Origin: a virus
DNA length: 37,382 bases
Virus record (IMG/VR): IMGVR_UViG_3300022670_000083
Location: 1 to 37,382 of that record
Reading direction: 5' to 3' (one strand)
Shown here: positions 8,381 to 17,742 of the stretch, piece after piece
Numbering within the stretch: the first letter of the stretch is position 1
Layout of the letters: each line of letters begins with the position of its first letter
Translations under genes and position numbers: made by a program
The notes under the pieces: model-generated
Seen by the model: only the letters and a program-made list of their open reading frames with translations
What the model was told of the DNA's origin: nothing
The model's database searches: none

Positions 8381-9433
8381 TTATTGCCCTAGCTCTGCTC
8401 TTAGTTGTTGTAGTTCCGCTTGCTCTGCCTTGCTTAGTTCGCCTGACTTACCGCCGAACTGAACATCAAAAACGCCTTTAGATTGAGCCTTTAAATTATC
8501 AAACGCTCTCTTTCTTCCTAGTGCTTTTTGCTTTAATACTGCAGCCTTATCACCAACTTGAGGAAAGAATTTTTTATCTTCATTTATAAACTCATCTTTA
8601 CCAATGGCCGCGCCTGATTCTTTACGCAATACTGCAGTAATAAAATCACGTTTAGCCTGTGCAAATCTTTGCTCATTATCAGAAAGTGCTATGTTACCAC
8701 CCGGTATAGCTTCAAAAAATGCTGTCTGTAATGAAGTTGGATCAAATCCTTCTATAGCTTCTAGTTCTGATAGTACGTTATTTGCTGCACCTACTCTGTT
8801 TGCAAATACAGACGAAGCTAATTGCCCTTCGTTAGCCTTATTTAATAAAGCTTGATCACTAGGCTTTAACGATGGATCAGTTCTTGAGCCTTGAGTGATT
8901 TCCCTTGCTCTTGCTTGGCCTTCTGGTGTGTTTGGATCTAAACCTTCTGCAGCTACCTTTTGCTGTAAAGAGCTAAGTTTCTGAACTGGTGCGGCAATAG
9001 GGGCTTTAATAATACCCGCTTGCTGACCTACAGATAACAATTGTTCTGTGCCTTGGGCTAACTCTTGAAAGTTTCCAGCCTGCACAAGCTCTAACGCCTT
9101 TTTGCTTTGCGTCATATCTCTACTTGGATCGGCAGACTGTATTTTATTTATTAAAAACTCAGCCTTTTGATTATCAGGTATAGATTTTAATTCTAATGCA
9201 GAATTGACGTTTTTTTCTAACGCTATAATCTCTGCATCTCTGCCTAATTGTTGCTTAGATGCTGCAAGGTTAGTTTCTGCCTGTTGAAATTGAATAGGCG
9301 CTAGCTTTTGTTGTTGTTGGACGTTAAATTGAGATTGTTGTTGTCTAGCAGATACCGCTTGATTTCCTGCTTCTATCTCGCGACCTCGCTGGAATTGCCC
9401 TGCTACATCAGCAACTATGAAATTATTAGCCAT
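8381..9433 (-). CDS. Internal virion / ejection protein (gp20-position)
   Basis: 350 aa, Q/A-rich, assigned by synteny within the ejection-protein trio. Confidence 0.45.
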   Translation of the reverse strand: MANNFIVADVAGQFQRGREIEAGNQAVSARQQQSQFNVQQQQKLAPIQFQQAETNLAASKQQLGRDAEIIALEKNVNSALELKSIPDNQKAEFLINKIQSADPSRDMTQSKKALELVQAGNFQELAQGTEQLLSVGQQAGIIKAPIAAPVQKLSSLQQKVAAEGLDPNTPEGQARAREITQGSRTDPSLKPSDQALLNKANEGQLASSVFANRVGAANNVLSELEAIEGFDPTSLQTAFFEAIPGGNIALSDNEQRFAQAKRDFITAVLRKESGAAIGKDEFINEDKKFFPQVGDKAAVLKQKALGRKRAFDNLKAQSKGVFDVQFGGKSGELSKAEQAELQQLRAELGQ

Positions 9434-10083
9434 TATGTAGCGCTCCCTACTGCTGGTGGTGGTGTTGATGGTCTTGCAAAGAATTGCCCTGCAACATTAG
9501 AAAGCCCGCCGATTGTTTGTTGTAGTGCTTGGTTCTGGTTCATTATGCCGGACTGTCTAGCCTGTCCAGATTGAAATAAACCTTGTTGTATATTACCAGA
9601 AGCTTGAGCGCCAAACTGACCAACATTGGTAGCTGCCGATTGCCCTTGCCCTGCCACCTGTCCAAGTCTACCAAATTGATTTTGTATATCTTGAGAGGCA
9701 AAACCTGCAGCCTGTTCTTGTAATGCAGTTAACACGTTACCACCTTTAAGCCCACCAGTAGCGGCGGCATTTCTAACTAATGCTCGCTCTTGGCGTTTAC
9801 GAATAAACTGTTGACCGGGTGAATTACCTAAGCCTGAGAAAGCGGCCTGTTGTGCCTCGTCTCCACTTAAACCAAGTAAAGCAAGTTGTTGTTGTCTTGC
9901 TAAGTCTCCTGCCTCTATTGATGGTCTAAGAGACTCTTGCGTTAAATCAAACTGCCTGCGCTGTTCAGCAACGCCAGCTTCTGCGCTTCTTTCGCCCGCG
10001 CTTGCTGCTCTACCTGCAGCATTCGAACCTACAACACCACTAACTAAAGTCGCGCCTGCTACTGCAACTAATCCCCACGACAT
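9433..10083 (-). CDS. Internal virion / ejection protein with N-terminal hydrophobic segment (gp7-position)
   Basis: 216 aa with N-terminus WGLVAVAGATLVSGVVG followed by Q/G/A-rich sequence. Assigned by synteny. Confidence 0.45.
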   Translation of the reverse strand: MSWGLVAVAGATLVSGVVGSNAAGRAASAGERSAEAGVAEQRRQFDLTQESLRPSIEAGDLARQQQLALLGLSGDEAQQAAFSGLGNSPGQQFIRKRQERALVRNAAATGGLKGGNVLTALQEQAAGFASQDIQNQFGRLGQVAGQGQSAATNVGQFGAQASGNIQQGLFQSGQARQSGIMNQNQALQQTIGGLSNVAGQFFARPSTPPPAVGSAT

Positions 10084-10547
10084 AATAATACCCCTTTGCC
10101 CGAGCTTATCAGCCCATCAGTTAATAGATCGCTATAATCTTCAACGATCACTTCTTTCTCTATCTCTTCTAAATCTGTTTTATCTGTTACGTGTACAGTT
10201 TGCCATATACAATCTTCATGTATAACAACTATCTTTTGAGTTCCTGCCTTTGATATAAAAGTATAAGGCGCTACTATTTCAGTTGAACCCTCTGCAGTTA
10301 TCACAGTAACAACACCAGTAAGTAATATATTAAAATGCTCTGTGGCATGTATCTTACCTATAATCCTAGTGCCTTTCGGCATAAATATTTCTCTAAGATA
10401 GCAACCATCAGTAAATCTATGTGTTACCGGGCATTCTTGGCTTTGCAACTCGCCACAATCAATAAGTTCTTGTAAAGATTTAGCTGTAGATTGAATTAAA
10501 TCTCTATTTTCTTTTATTTCATCGTTGTGCTTTGTCGTGATATCCAT
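10068..10547 (-). CDS. Cupin-fold-like protein (159 aa)
   Basis: Motif HRF.DG.Y.REI.MP.GT...G..H..EH.N.L..G resembles a double-stranded beta-helix (cupin). It has its own promoter-like element. Confidence 0.35.
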   Translation of the reverse strand: MDITTKHNDEIKENRDLIQSTAKSLQELIDCGELQSQECPVTHRFTDGCYLREIFMPKGTRIIGKIHATEHFNILLTGVVTVITAEGSTEIVAPYTFISKAGTQKIVVIHEDCIWQTVHVTDKTDLEEIEKEVIVEDYSDLLTDGLISSGKGVLLCRGD

Positions 10548-10570
10548 AACAAACCTTTTTGTATTGGTCG

Positions 10571-10600
10571 ATTATACTAAATTTTAGTGAATATAGCTAA
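10571..10600 (-). promoter_or_regulatory. Promoter candidate sharing a 17-mer with the scaffold promoter
   Basis: Minus strand reads ATTTAGTATAATCGACC (10582..10566), with TATAAT at 10576..10571. The -35 is weak (TTAGCT, 18-nt spacer). Confidence 0.4.
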
Positions 10601-10917
10601 ACTTCACGACCTGTTGCTGTGAAGTAGATAGAATTGAGCGCTGAAGACTCTAATTTAAGTTGTGCACCTGCCGGTATGACCTGGTTCACAATGCCAATAC
10701 CTAAATCTATTTCACCCCAAACGACTATTTTAAATGGCCTTTGTGGCTGCTCTGTGTCAGTTGAAACAATAAATGCTTTGTAGCTTGCGTTAACTGTAGA
10801 ATTATTAGCGGCTGTGAATGACTCAATGATCACGCCTCTTGAGCCTGCTGTAAATAATGTTTGAGGTGTATCGACTATAGTGTTTGGTTGGTTAGTTAAT
10901 ATTTGTGCTGTTGCCAT
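10597..10917 (-). CDS. Hypothetical virion-module protein (106 aa)
   Basis: ORF abutting the fibre gene (start/stop overlap). Composition looks beta-rich. Confidence 0.5.
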   Translation of the reverse strand: MATAQILTNQPNTIVDTPQTLFTAGSRGVIIESFTAANNSTVNASYKAFIVSTDTEQPQRPFKIVVWGEIDLGIGIVNQVIPAGAQLKLESSALNSIYFTATGREV

Positions 10918-12236
10918 TATCTTGCCTCCACTATGTAATAACTATCAGCTTCCGCTGTTATGTCATTTGTTGCGCCAATGTTCGCCACCTCTAAAAATAT
11001 AAAGTCATCTTTATCGAGTGTTGTATTAATGTTTATATTGAAAAAAGCAACATCTCGACCACCTTGCAAGTTGTTTACTTGTCGGGTTTGAGTTAATACG
11101 GTAAATGATGATGAAGTGGAACTATCAAACTTAGAAACTCTCAAGGCTACAACATTGTTTTGAGTTGATTCAAGCACGAAAGATGCAATAACTTTATAAT
11201 CTCTCGGTGTGTTACCTAGATGCTTTAATTGGTTGCTGGCTGGATTGTTAAAGTGTTGCAAGTCTGCCGCTGTCCACACCGCTGCATCTAAGTTAACAAA
11301 TGCGCCATCAGTAGTTATTGTTGTTGTTGCCTCTGTAGTAACTCCAATTGATCCTCCTTCAAACGTGTTTGGCATACCTGTGTTATTTGTCCAATTTGAA
11401 GATAAAGATCCCGCCGATGTGTTTGGCGTGTAATCTGGATCAGTTGAATCAAATACACCCGCACGTGTAATTATCACACCGTCGAGTTGAACTGTTGAAG
11501 GGTTAGCAAATTGACTTGGGGCAAAGTCAAAAAATGATACGCCAGCAGGTAAATCGATGTTTTGATTAGATCTGAAACGTGATGCCATAGCAAAACCAAC
11601 ACCAGCCTTATATAAACTGTAAGAACCAGCCGTTAAGCTTCTAACTATTGAAACATCAATGAAGTAACCACCCACCCAATTTCCAGCGAGTGTTAATTCA
11701 GGAGTACCACCAAAGCGGCCCGTTCCTGTTTCAAGCCCTTGTCTGTAATTTGTGATAGTACCTAAAGATGTACAGTCATTATAATTAACTCTATCAGCTT
11801 CTATTGCATGAAATCCTGTAGCATCTGTTAGGTTGTACACTTGAGAGCCAATACCTGTAATTTCTACAAATAATCTTTCTCTTAATATGTCACCACTACC
11901 ACCAACAGGAGATGTATACAAGGTATAACCATCATCAATACATTTTAATCCTGATATAGCAAAAGTAGAACCGATTATATTTATACCGCCGGCAGGAACT
12001 TCTATATTTAATCCTGTTCCAGAAAAGTCGATAATACCGTTAAGGATATAAACTTTAGCGCTATCTATCGTACCGCCCAAAGTATCAGCTATATTATCCT
12101 GCCTGACCTGTATCTCACTTTCGTTGATGCTGTCATAAAGCTCTGTAAAATTAGCCTCTGTTTTTGTGAAAGCTGAAAACAAGGTATCTCCAAGCTTTGC
12201 ATTTGCTGCGCCTATTCCTATATTCTGCTGTGTCAT
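10917..12236 (-). CDS. Tail fibre / tailspike-like protein
   Basis: 439 aa. The N-terminus (IGIGAANAKLGDTLFSAFTKTEANFTELY) is the motif common at the N-terminus of phage receptor-binding proteins. The rest is G/T/N-rich and beta-helix-like. Confidence 0.55.
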   Translation of the reverse strand: MTQQNIGIGAANAKLGDTLFSAFTKTEANFTELYDSINESEIQVRQDNIADTLGGTIDSAKVYILNGIIDFSGTGLNIEVPAGGINIIGSTFAISGLKCIDDGYTLYTSPVGGSGDILRERLFVEITGIGSQVYNLTDATGFHAIEADRVNYNDCTSLGTITNYRQGLETGTGRFGGTPELTLAGNWVGGYFIDVSIVRSLTAGSYSLYKAGVGFAMASRFRSNQNIDLPAGVSFFDFAPSQFANPSTVQLDGVIITRAGVFDSTDPDYTPNTSAGSLSSNWTNNTGMPNTFEGGSIGVTTEATTTITTDGAFVNLDAAVWTAADLQHFNNPASNQLKHLGNTPRDYKVIASFVLESTQNNVVALRVSKFDSSTSSSFTVLTQTRQVNNLQGGRDVAFFNININTTLDKDDFIFLEVANIGATNDITAEADSYYIVEAR

Positions 12237-12496
12237 TATGCGATCACCTTGTCAGTGGTTATAAAGGTTGTATCTGTGGTAAAGCCTGTGGTGTCAATAG
12301 TGAATTCAGGTAAACCGTCTATTTGCTGCTGTAACCATTGAGACTGAGCGCTAAAAGAGCTAATACCTGACACAGAATCATTAGTTGTATTTGTTGTGCC
12401 GGTTAAGCTCTCTATCCAAGTAATAAATCTTAATGTGGGCTGTCCGTTTTTATCAATTAATTCCTCGCCTCTTTTTGGCGTAATTAAATCAGTCAT
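12236..12496 (-). CDS. Small tail-associated protein (86 aa)
   Basis: ORF coupled between the gp10-like and fibre genes, with a T-rich C-terminus. Confidence 0.45.
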   Translation of the reverse strand: MTDLITPKRGEELIDKNGQPTLRFITWIESLTGTTNTTNDSVSGISSFSAQSQWLQQQIDGLPEFTIDTTGFTTDTTFITTDKVIA

Positions 12497-13944
12497 TAAT
12501 CTATACCTAATTCTGGTGTTGCTGCTAACCTATTCAAGTTGGCTTTTACTGGGTCGGTTACTGTTAACCTTACAAATCTAGATAAAGGAATATCACCTTG
12601 TCTTTTCCATACTGATCGCTGGCCGTACTCGCCAATTTTACCAATATTTCTAGTTGTTTCAAACTTAAAGGACATTGCGCCATTGTCTGAGAAATCCATT
12701 CTAACTTGTGGGGATGCTTTGCCGGTTAAGCCTACACCCGCTTCAAAGCCTGCCTCAAATTCACCAGCAAATACAGTGGTCCCATTACTTGAAAATGGTT
12801 GTAATGTGCATTGTCTAAATAGCGTGTCTCCGTAATCAGTAAAGACCTTAGAATCTAACTCACCGATACGCCCATCAATAGAATCACCACATAAAAACTT
12901 ACCATAAGCTTTTACTATAGTATTAACTCGCCATGAATTCAGAGTAACGCCAGTTTGAAATGTAGACCAAACTAGACCACCTGATAAAGCGCTTGCTGTG
13001 CTGTTATACACAAAAGTAACGCTTGGAATTCTAATTGAGTTTATGGTAAATATTGCTAAGAATTGACCACGCTGCGAATAAGTCATAGCAAAAGAATCTG
13101 CTATTTCTTCTTTAGTAAATTTCTGTATAGCATTATCAATAGCATCAGTTGATACCTTTGATGCTTGAGAGCTTGAAGCTTGCCTCCATATTGCAGGCTG
13201 TTCGTTAACACCACCACCTATAAACATATAGGAATTATCAAACTTAACTATTCCAAACTTAGCAGCAGAGCCTTTTTCTGTAAATGCTCCTGGTATGATT
13301 GTAAGAGGAAACCCAACACCACCAACCAGTTTAAATTTTTCTGTTGTGCGTTGACCTAAAATAGATAGTTCATCATGGTCTAGTACTTGGGTAACTATTC
13401 TATCTGGATCACCCTCTGCGCTACCAAAGTCTAAAGCATCAAAAGTTAATGGTGCATTTAGATTAGAAACAAATAATTGCTTACCATCTGATGTAGTGAA
13501 TACAAAGAATCCGCGATAAAATAATACTGTGTCTGATCTTTGATAATCAACATCTGTTATTTGTGTTAATGCTGTACCATCCCAAACAAAGCCATCACCA
13601 CCAGGAACAACAATCACTAAACTAGTTCCGTTATCAGCCATTGATACTTGGCCAATTCCTGTAATTGTACCTCTATCTGTTGGAATTCCATCAGCATCGA
13701 TAGATATTAAAGAGTTACCATTAACAAAGAACGGTGTATCTGCTAAATCATGACTACCTCGACAAGGTTTAGTGTTGGTAGTGCCGAATTGATTTAATCC
13801 TTCACGCTGAATTAATGCGCGATCATTTAAAGCTGCAGCCTCTGGAATAATAGGTAACCAATTAACGCAAGTACTACTTGCTAATGCTGGGCTAACTGCT
13901 TGGTAGAATCCTAGAGGGATTGGTAAAGGTATTCTTTCGCCCAT
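12496..13944 (-). CDS. P22 gp10-like tail hub / DNA-stabilisation protein
   Basis: 482 aa directly after the gp4-like gene. Size, position and C-terminal WKR.G......R motif match my recollection of P22 gp10. Confidence 0.55.
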   Translation of the reverse strand: MGERIPLPIPLGFYQAVSPALASSTCVNWLPIIPEAAALNDRALIQREGLNQFGTTNTKPCRGSHDLADTPFFVNGNSLISIDADGIPTDRGTITGIGQVSMADNGTSLVIVVPGGDGFVWDGTALTQITDVDYQRSDTVLFYRGFFVFTTSDGKQLFVSNLNAPLTFDALDFGSAEGDPDRIVTQVLDHDELSILGQRTTEKFKLVGGVGFPLTIIPGAFTEKGSAAKFGIVKFDNSYMFIGGGVNEQPAIWRQASSSQASKVSTDAIDNAIQKFTKEEIADSFAMTYSQRGQFLAIFTINSIRIPSVTFVYNSTASALSGGLVWSTFQTGVTLNSWRVNTIVKAYGKFLCGDSIDGRIGELDSKVFTDYGDTLFRQCTLQPFSSNGTTVFAGEFEAGFEAGVGLTGKASPQVRMDFSDNGAMSFKFETTRNIGKIGEYGQRSVWKRQGDIPLSRFVRLTVTDPVKANLNRLAATPELGID

Positions 13945-14381
13945 TAGAAGTTCTCTATTTTGTTAGGATTAAAGAAACGTTGATCGGTATCTAAGCCCGG
14001 ACATTCATTACCTGAACCCATTGGAAGTGTATCGGGAAATTCGACATTACCTATAAACGCGCCAGAAGCTTCTAGCCTTGATAATGTACTTCCTGCTATT
14101 GAGCTTAAAGCAGAAGATACGACCTTTCTAAATGAAGGTGCCAATCTAATAGCTAAATTGTATTTAATAGCAGCTACGGAATTACGGTCAACTTCTAATA
14201 CATCATCACCGTTTAATACAGGATTATAACCTGAGATTATTCCTATATCGTCCCACTCGGTAAGCATATCATTACAGCGCCTAATACCTGACTGTAACTC
14301 ATCATCTTCTAAAGGTATCTCTGCAGTTTTTGCGCCTATTTCCTCGGCCGCATCTTCTACAACTTCTCTCATAGTAACCAT
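13944..14381 (-). CDS. P22 gp4-like head-tail adaptor
   Basis: 145 aa. Motifs L.EWDD.GI.SGY, NLAIRLAPSF and LPMGSGNE resemble P22 gp4 as I recall it, and the position is correct. Confidence 0.6.
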   Translation of the reverse strand: MVTMREVVEDAAEEIGAKTAEIPLEDDELQSGIRRCNDMLTEWDDIGIISGYNPVLNGDDVLEVDRNSVAAIKYNLAIRLAPSFRKVVSSALSSIAGSTLSRLEASGAFIGNVEFPDTLPMGSGNECPGLDTDQRFFNPNKIENF

Positions 14382-14382
14382 G

Positions 14383-14727
14383 TTAACCGCCTATAAGTTT
14401 TTTAACTTGCTTGCGTAGTGCACCAATTCTTTTATTCATTTCTAGATCAACATTAAAATGTTCTTTAGCAAACATTTGTAATTGCTCTTTATCCATGACC
14501 TTAACGTTTAATTCACCGTTAATTCTATCAGCAACACCTTCAATAGCTTCACCTAATGTCTGAACCTTTTCTTTATCTTTAGGATCAACACCAAAATCAG
14601 TAGTTTTACAAAACTCTGCTGGTGAATCTTTCCACCCGTCTTTTTCATAAGTTTTGAACTCATCAGAATTAATTATCTTTGCTTCTTCTGTTTCGTGGTA
14701 AATCCAACGTCTATATTCTTTGGCCAT
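14383..14727 (-). CDS. Hypothetical protein (114 aa) between coat and adaptor genes
   Basis: ORF with AAAAGGA as SD, preceded by an extended -10 element. Confidence 0.5.
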   Translation of the reverse strand: MAKEYRRWIYHETEEAKIINSDEFKTYEKDGWKDSPAEFCKTTDFGVDPKDKEKVQTLGEAIEGVADRINGELNVKVMDKEQLQMFAKEHFNVDLEMNKRIGALRKQVKKLIGG

Positions 14728-14753
14728 TATTTCGTCCTTTTGACTATTATTTG

Positions 14754-14762
14754 ATTATATCA
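14754..14762 (-). promoter_or_regulatory. Extended -10 promoter candidate (TGATATAAT)
   Basis: Minus strand reads TGATATAAT at 14762..14754, just downstream of the coat-gene terminator and upstream of the gene at 14727. Confidence 0.4.
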
Positions 14763-14774
14763 TAAAACAGAAAT

Positions 14775-14806
14775 AAAAAAGGCCACCGTTTAAAGTAGCC
14801 TTTTTT
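14775..14806 (-). terminator. Intrinsic terminator after the major capsid gene
   Basis: aaaaaaggccac-cgtttaaa-gtagcctttttt. The stem has one G-U on the minus transcript and is followed by a U6 run, 15 nt past the coat stop codon. Confidence 0.65.
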
Positions 14807-14820
14807 CATTCAAGTCAAGA

Positions 14821-16044
14821 TTAAGAAGTTGTACGAACTGCGAAATCAGGGTTTTGAGCTTTAACACCGTAAAGAATATCAAAACGATAAACTGTTTCGT
14901 CATCTGTGATGTTGTATTGACGTACTGCACGTATAGAGATATTACCAAAGCTTTCACGACTAGCGCTTGCTCCATCAGTAGGTAAATCTAAAGGAGCCAT
15001 TGCAAGAGTGATAGCATTCTGATGGAAAGCTAAGTTTTGCTTATGCTCTGCACCACCTGCACCAGTCTTAACTGTGATAACTGCACCATCTGCCGGTGCT
15101 GCTGTTACAGTTTGGAAAGGCCCACTTGTGATCATAGGTGGTGAGATTGTCAATGTAGCCGGACCAGTAGAAGCGCCAGAAGTTGCATCAACAGTAACCA
15201 CGAATGTTTGTAAATCACCTGTGTTTTTACGTGTTTTACGGTTAACTGAGTTTACACCTGCAATAGTAATTACATCACCAGCAAGTAAAATATCAGTAGT
15301 TGAATTTGTCCAACCATCAGTAATTAATGATTGAGTCCATGAGTCACCAGAAGCGTCATAGGTTACGTTCTGAGTTGCGCCATTAATCAATGGTGTACCA
15401 GTAGCGATACCAACAGTATGTAATGCTAAAGATTGATTTTCAAACAATTCAAACTTACTGTAGCGGCCAATTGAAGCTTCTTCGATAGCTTTAACTGCAA
15501 TCTCTGAAGGGAATACGTTCTGTAAACCATCAGCTAATGCAAGGGAAGCATCTTCATCGTAGAAAGCAGACCAACGAATATCCATTGGTACGCCAAGCTT
15601 AGTTAATACTTTAGCTGCTGCACCAACTGCTAAAAAGTTAGCAGGAGCAGTACCAGGAGTACCGACAAAATTACCGATTTGCTTATAAACTTCACCAATA
15701 TCAGTTTCAACTTGTTGTGCTAACTCTGCAGCAGCAGGGCGAACATAACGAGTAGTGAAATCCTCAACCTTTAAAGTTAAATCTTGAGATGTAATAGCAA
15801 AACCAACATGCTTACGCTTATCTAGCGTTACAGTTGCTGCTTTCTCTTCAACATCTTCTTTAACTAACGTTGCACCATCAGTTGCGGTGAACATAATAGG
15901 GCGGCGCACTTCAATACTTGCACCAACCTTGCGAAATTGACTGTCTAACTGACGATCAACCTTTGCGCCCATTTGAAGAGCGTTCATAAATTCTTTTAAC
16001 ATGATTCGAGTTACAAGACTCGTATTTTTAAACGTATTAGCCAT
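14821..16044 (-). CDS. Major capsid protein (P22 coat-like)
   Basis: 407 aa, immediately after the scaffold gene and followed by a terminator. The segment GDVITIAGVNSVNRKTRKNTGDLQTFVV and the C-terminal pattern resemble the P22-type coat. Confidence 0.8.
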   Translation of the reverse strand: MANTFKNTSLVTRIMLKEFMNALQMGAKVDRQLDSQFRKVGASIEVRRPIMFTATDGATLVKEDVEEKAATVTLDKRKHVGFAITSQDLTLKVEDFTTRYVRPAAAELAQQVETDIGEVYKQIGNFVGTPGTAPANFLAVGAAAKVLTKLGVPMDIRWSAFYDEDASLALADGLQNVFPSEIAVKAIEEASIGRYSKFELFENQSLALHTVGIATGTPLINGATQNVTYDASGDSWTQSLITDGWTNSTTDILLAGDVITIAGVNSVNRKTRKNTGDLQTFVVTVDATSGASTGPATLTISPPMITSGPFQTVTAAPADGAVITVKTGAGGAEHKQNLAFHQNAITLAMAPLDLPTDGASASRESFGNISIRAVRQYNITDDETVYRFDILYGVKAQNPDFAVRTTS

Positions 16045-16066
16045 TTTAGTTCCTTATGTCCCTTTC

Positions 16067-16873
16067 CTAGTTGTATTTACTCATCCACGCATCAATAGAC
16101 ATTTCATCATCTATCTTATCGCTTAACGAGCTACCTGCTGTTACAGGCTCTATAGGATCGGGCGCTGCACTTGTTTTAATTTCGGGTTTAACAGACATCT
16201 GCGCTGAAATACGTCCAATTTCTGCCATTGCTGCCATAGGTGTCATTCCTGCTAATGAATCAGCTTTATCCAAATGATTACCAAGATGATAAATCATCTC
16301 CGCGCCATTCTCTAAACTCATCATTGCACTAGCTACGCCTGGTGGTAGGTCTGGTATTGCATCGGCCTTTGCGTCAAAATCATCTTTACCTAAAGCGGAA
16401 ATCTGCTCATTAAATGAGTCAGTTAGTTTTTGCTGTTCGGCTTCTTGATTAATTTGCTTCTGTGCTGTTGCTTGTTTTGCTAACTCTACTTTAACTTGTT
16501 CCTGCACGTTATAACTAACATTAGCTTTATTAAAAGCATCTTCATCATAGTCGTGATCTTCAAGTTTCGGTTCTGTCAAAGCTGCGCTTTCGTTTAGCTT
16601 ATTAAGTTGAGCTTGCAAGTCATCAGCACGTTTATCGGCTAACTCTTGTTTACGTATTGCATCGTGTTTATCTGCTGTTACTTTATTGATGCGCTTTTGA
16701 AATCCGTCCTCTTTTGGCGTTTCTGCTTCGGTTGAGTCGGTTTTATTCGCATCTTCTACGGGGGCTGATTCCGTGGTTTGTATTTCCTCTGTCTTTTGTT
16801 CTAAGTCATGATCAATGGCTTCTTGAACAAACGCATCTAAAGGATCTAGCTGTGCAGCGGTTTGGTCTGTCAT
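16067..16873 (-). CDS. Scaffolding protein
   Basis: 268 aa, acidic, A/E/K/Q-rich and helical, located just upstream of the coat gene. Confidence 0.7.
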   Translation of the reverse strand: MTDQTAAQLDPLDAFVQEAIDHDLEQKTEEIQTTESAPVEDANKTDSTEAETPKEDGFQKRINKVTADKHDAIRKQELADKRADDLQAQLNKLNESAALTEPKLEDHDYDEDAFNKANVSYNVQEQVKVELAKQATAQKQINQEAEQQKLTDSFNEQISALGKDDFDAKADAIPDLPPGVASAMMSLENGAEMIYHLGNHLDKADSLAGMTPMAAMAEIGRISAQMSVKPEIKTSAAPDPIEPVTAGSSLSDKIDDEMSIDAWMSKYN

Positions 16874-16939
16874 TTATTACGCATCCTATAAGGAAGAATT
16901 TTAGCCGTTATTTAAAGGCATAACGTAAGCCCGTGGTCA

Positions 16940-16968
16940 ATTATACTAAATAATGGTTAACTTGACAA
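16940..16968 (-). promoter_or_regulatory. sigma70-type promoter for scaffold/coat genes (TTGTCA-N17-TATAAT)
   Basis: Minus strand: TTGTCA (16968..16963), 17-nt spacer, TATAAT (16945..16940). It is embedded in the 17-mer ATTTAGTATAATTGACC (16951..16935). Confidence 0.55.
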
Positions 16969-16983
16969 ATAATGTATTTTAGG

Positions 16984-17012
16984 TAATAAAAAACCACTCG
17001 TTAAAGTGGTTT
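16984..17012 (-). terminator. Intrinsic terminator closing the portal-scaffold moron
   Basis: Minus strand reads aaaccact-ttaacg-agtggttt followed by ttttatt: a perfect 8-bp stem plus a U-run. Confidence 0.7.
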
Positions 17013-17138
17013 GTGTGCTTCTAAGTGATCAACCCAACAATGCAATATCGTGAGTGTAAACTTATTCGGTATATGTTCACCATCAAAGAAAGTTATCCTA
17101 GCTGAGCCGTTAGCGTTTATCCTGATCCTTGGTTTCAT
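17001..17138 (-). CDS. Candidate 45-aa ORF, third gene of the moron (below the track cutoff)
   Basis: The ATG overlaps the upstream TGA (ATGA). Reads MKPRIRINANGSARITFFDGEHIPNKFTLTILHCWVDHLEAHKPL, with the stop codon in the terminator loop. No SD of its own. Confidence 0.3.
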   Translation of the reverse strand: MKPRIRINANGSARITFFDGEHIPNKFTLTILHCWVDHLEAHKPL

Positions 17139-17329
17139 AAATCACCATCTGGAAGCACTCTTTGATCGTCAATAATAACCCAACTAGAGTTATCTATTGG
17201 GTGTAATAAATACTCCTGCCTAACCTCTCCATTAGTCTCTAACTGCTGAATAATTACACCGTTAGCTTTAGCCTCTTTTAATACTTCTGCTCGCTTATGG
17301 GTTAGGTCGCTGGATTTATATGTTTTCAT
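17135..17329 (-). CDS. Phd/YefM-like (antitoxin-fold) small protein
   Basis: The N-terminus (MKTYKSSDLTHKRAEVLKEAKANGVIIQ) follows the Phd/YefM N-terminal pattern. TAATG overlap with the upstream ORF. Confidence 0.4.
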   Translation of the reverse strand: MKTYKSSDLTHKRAEVLKEAKANGVIIQQLETNGEVRQEYLLHPIDNSSWVIIDDQRVLPDGDL

Positions 17330-17682
17330 TAGTAATAAGCTCCTCTAATTAAATTTGACATTTGTTGTGCACCTATATTTCCCATGCCTTGTGCATAAGT
17401 ACCTAGTCCACCACATAAAGCGTTATTACTTTGCGTTTGTGCCATTGCCATTTGCTGAAAACCTAAAGCGCCGTGCTGAGTACCTCTATTTAATTGACTT
17501 TGATATAACGCAGATAACTGACGATCACGAGCTAATTTAGTGGCGGGATTCATAGTAGCAATAGATTTTACCTTCATTACTATTCTAGGCTTCTTGGCAT
17601 AACAACTAATAAAGCTTTGCTTCTTAGCGCCAAAGAACTTTAACTGTTCAGATAGTGAGCCTTTCTTTTCCCAATCAAACAT
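17329..17682 (-). CDS. Hypothetical 117-aa protein with Q/G/A/M-rich C-terminus (first gene of the moron)
   Basis: Track ORF 17329..17742 trimmed to the ATG at 17682 (AAGG upstream). The longer start lies upstream of the predicted transcription start. Confidence 0.5.
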   Translation of the reverse strand: MFDWEKKGSLSEQLKFFGAKKQSFISCYAKKPRIVMKVKSIATMNPATKLARDRQLSALYQSQLNRGTQHGALGFQQMAMAQTQSNNALCGGLGTYAQGMGNIGAQQMSNLIRGAYY

Positions 17683-17713
17683 TATTATTGCCTTAATTAA
17701 AATTAGTTTTAGT

Positions 17714-17742
17714 AATATAGTAAAATAAAAGGCATGTGTCAA
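17714..17742 (-). promoter_or_regulatory. sigma70-type promoter (TTGACA-N17-TATATT) for the moron
   Basis: Minus strand: TTGACA (17742..17737, inside the terminator loop), 17-nt spacer, TATATT (17719..17714). Confidence 0.5.

Noticed and set aside
17683-17742. N-terminal 20 residues of track ORF 17329..17742 (MTHAFYFTILLKLILIKAII)
   Set aside because: This segment spans the portal terminator and the predicted promoter, so it would lie upstream of the transcription start. The ATG at 17682 has an AAGG SD.
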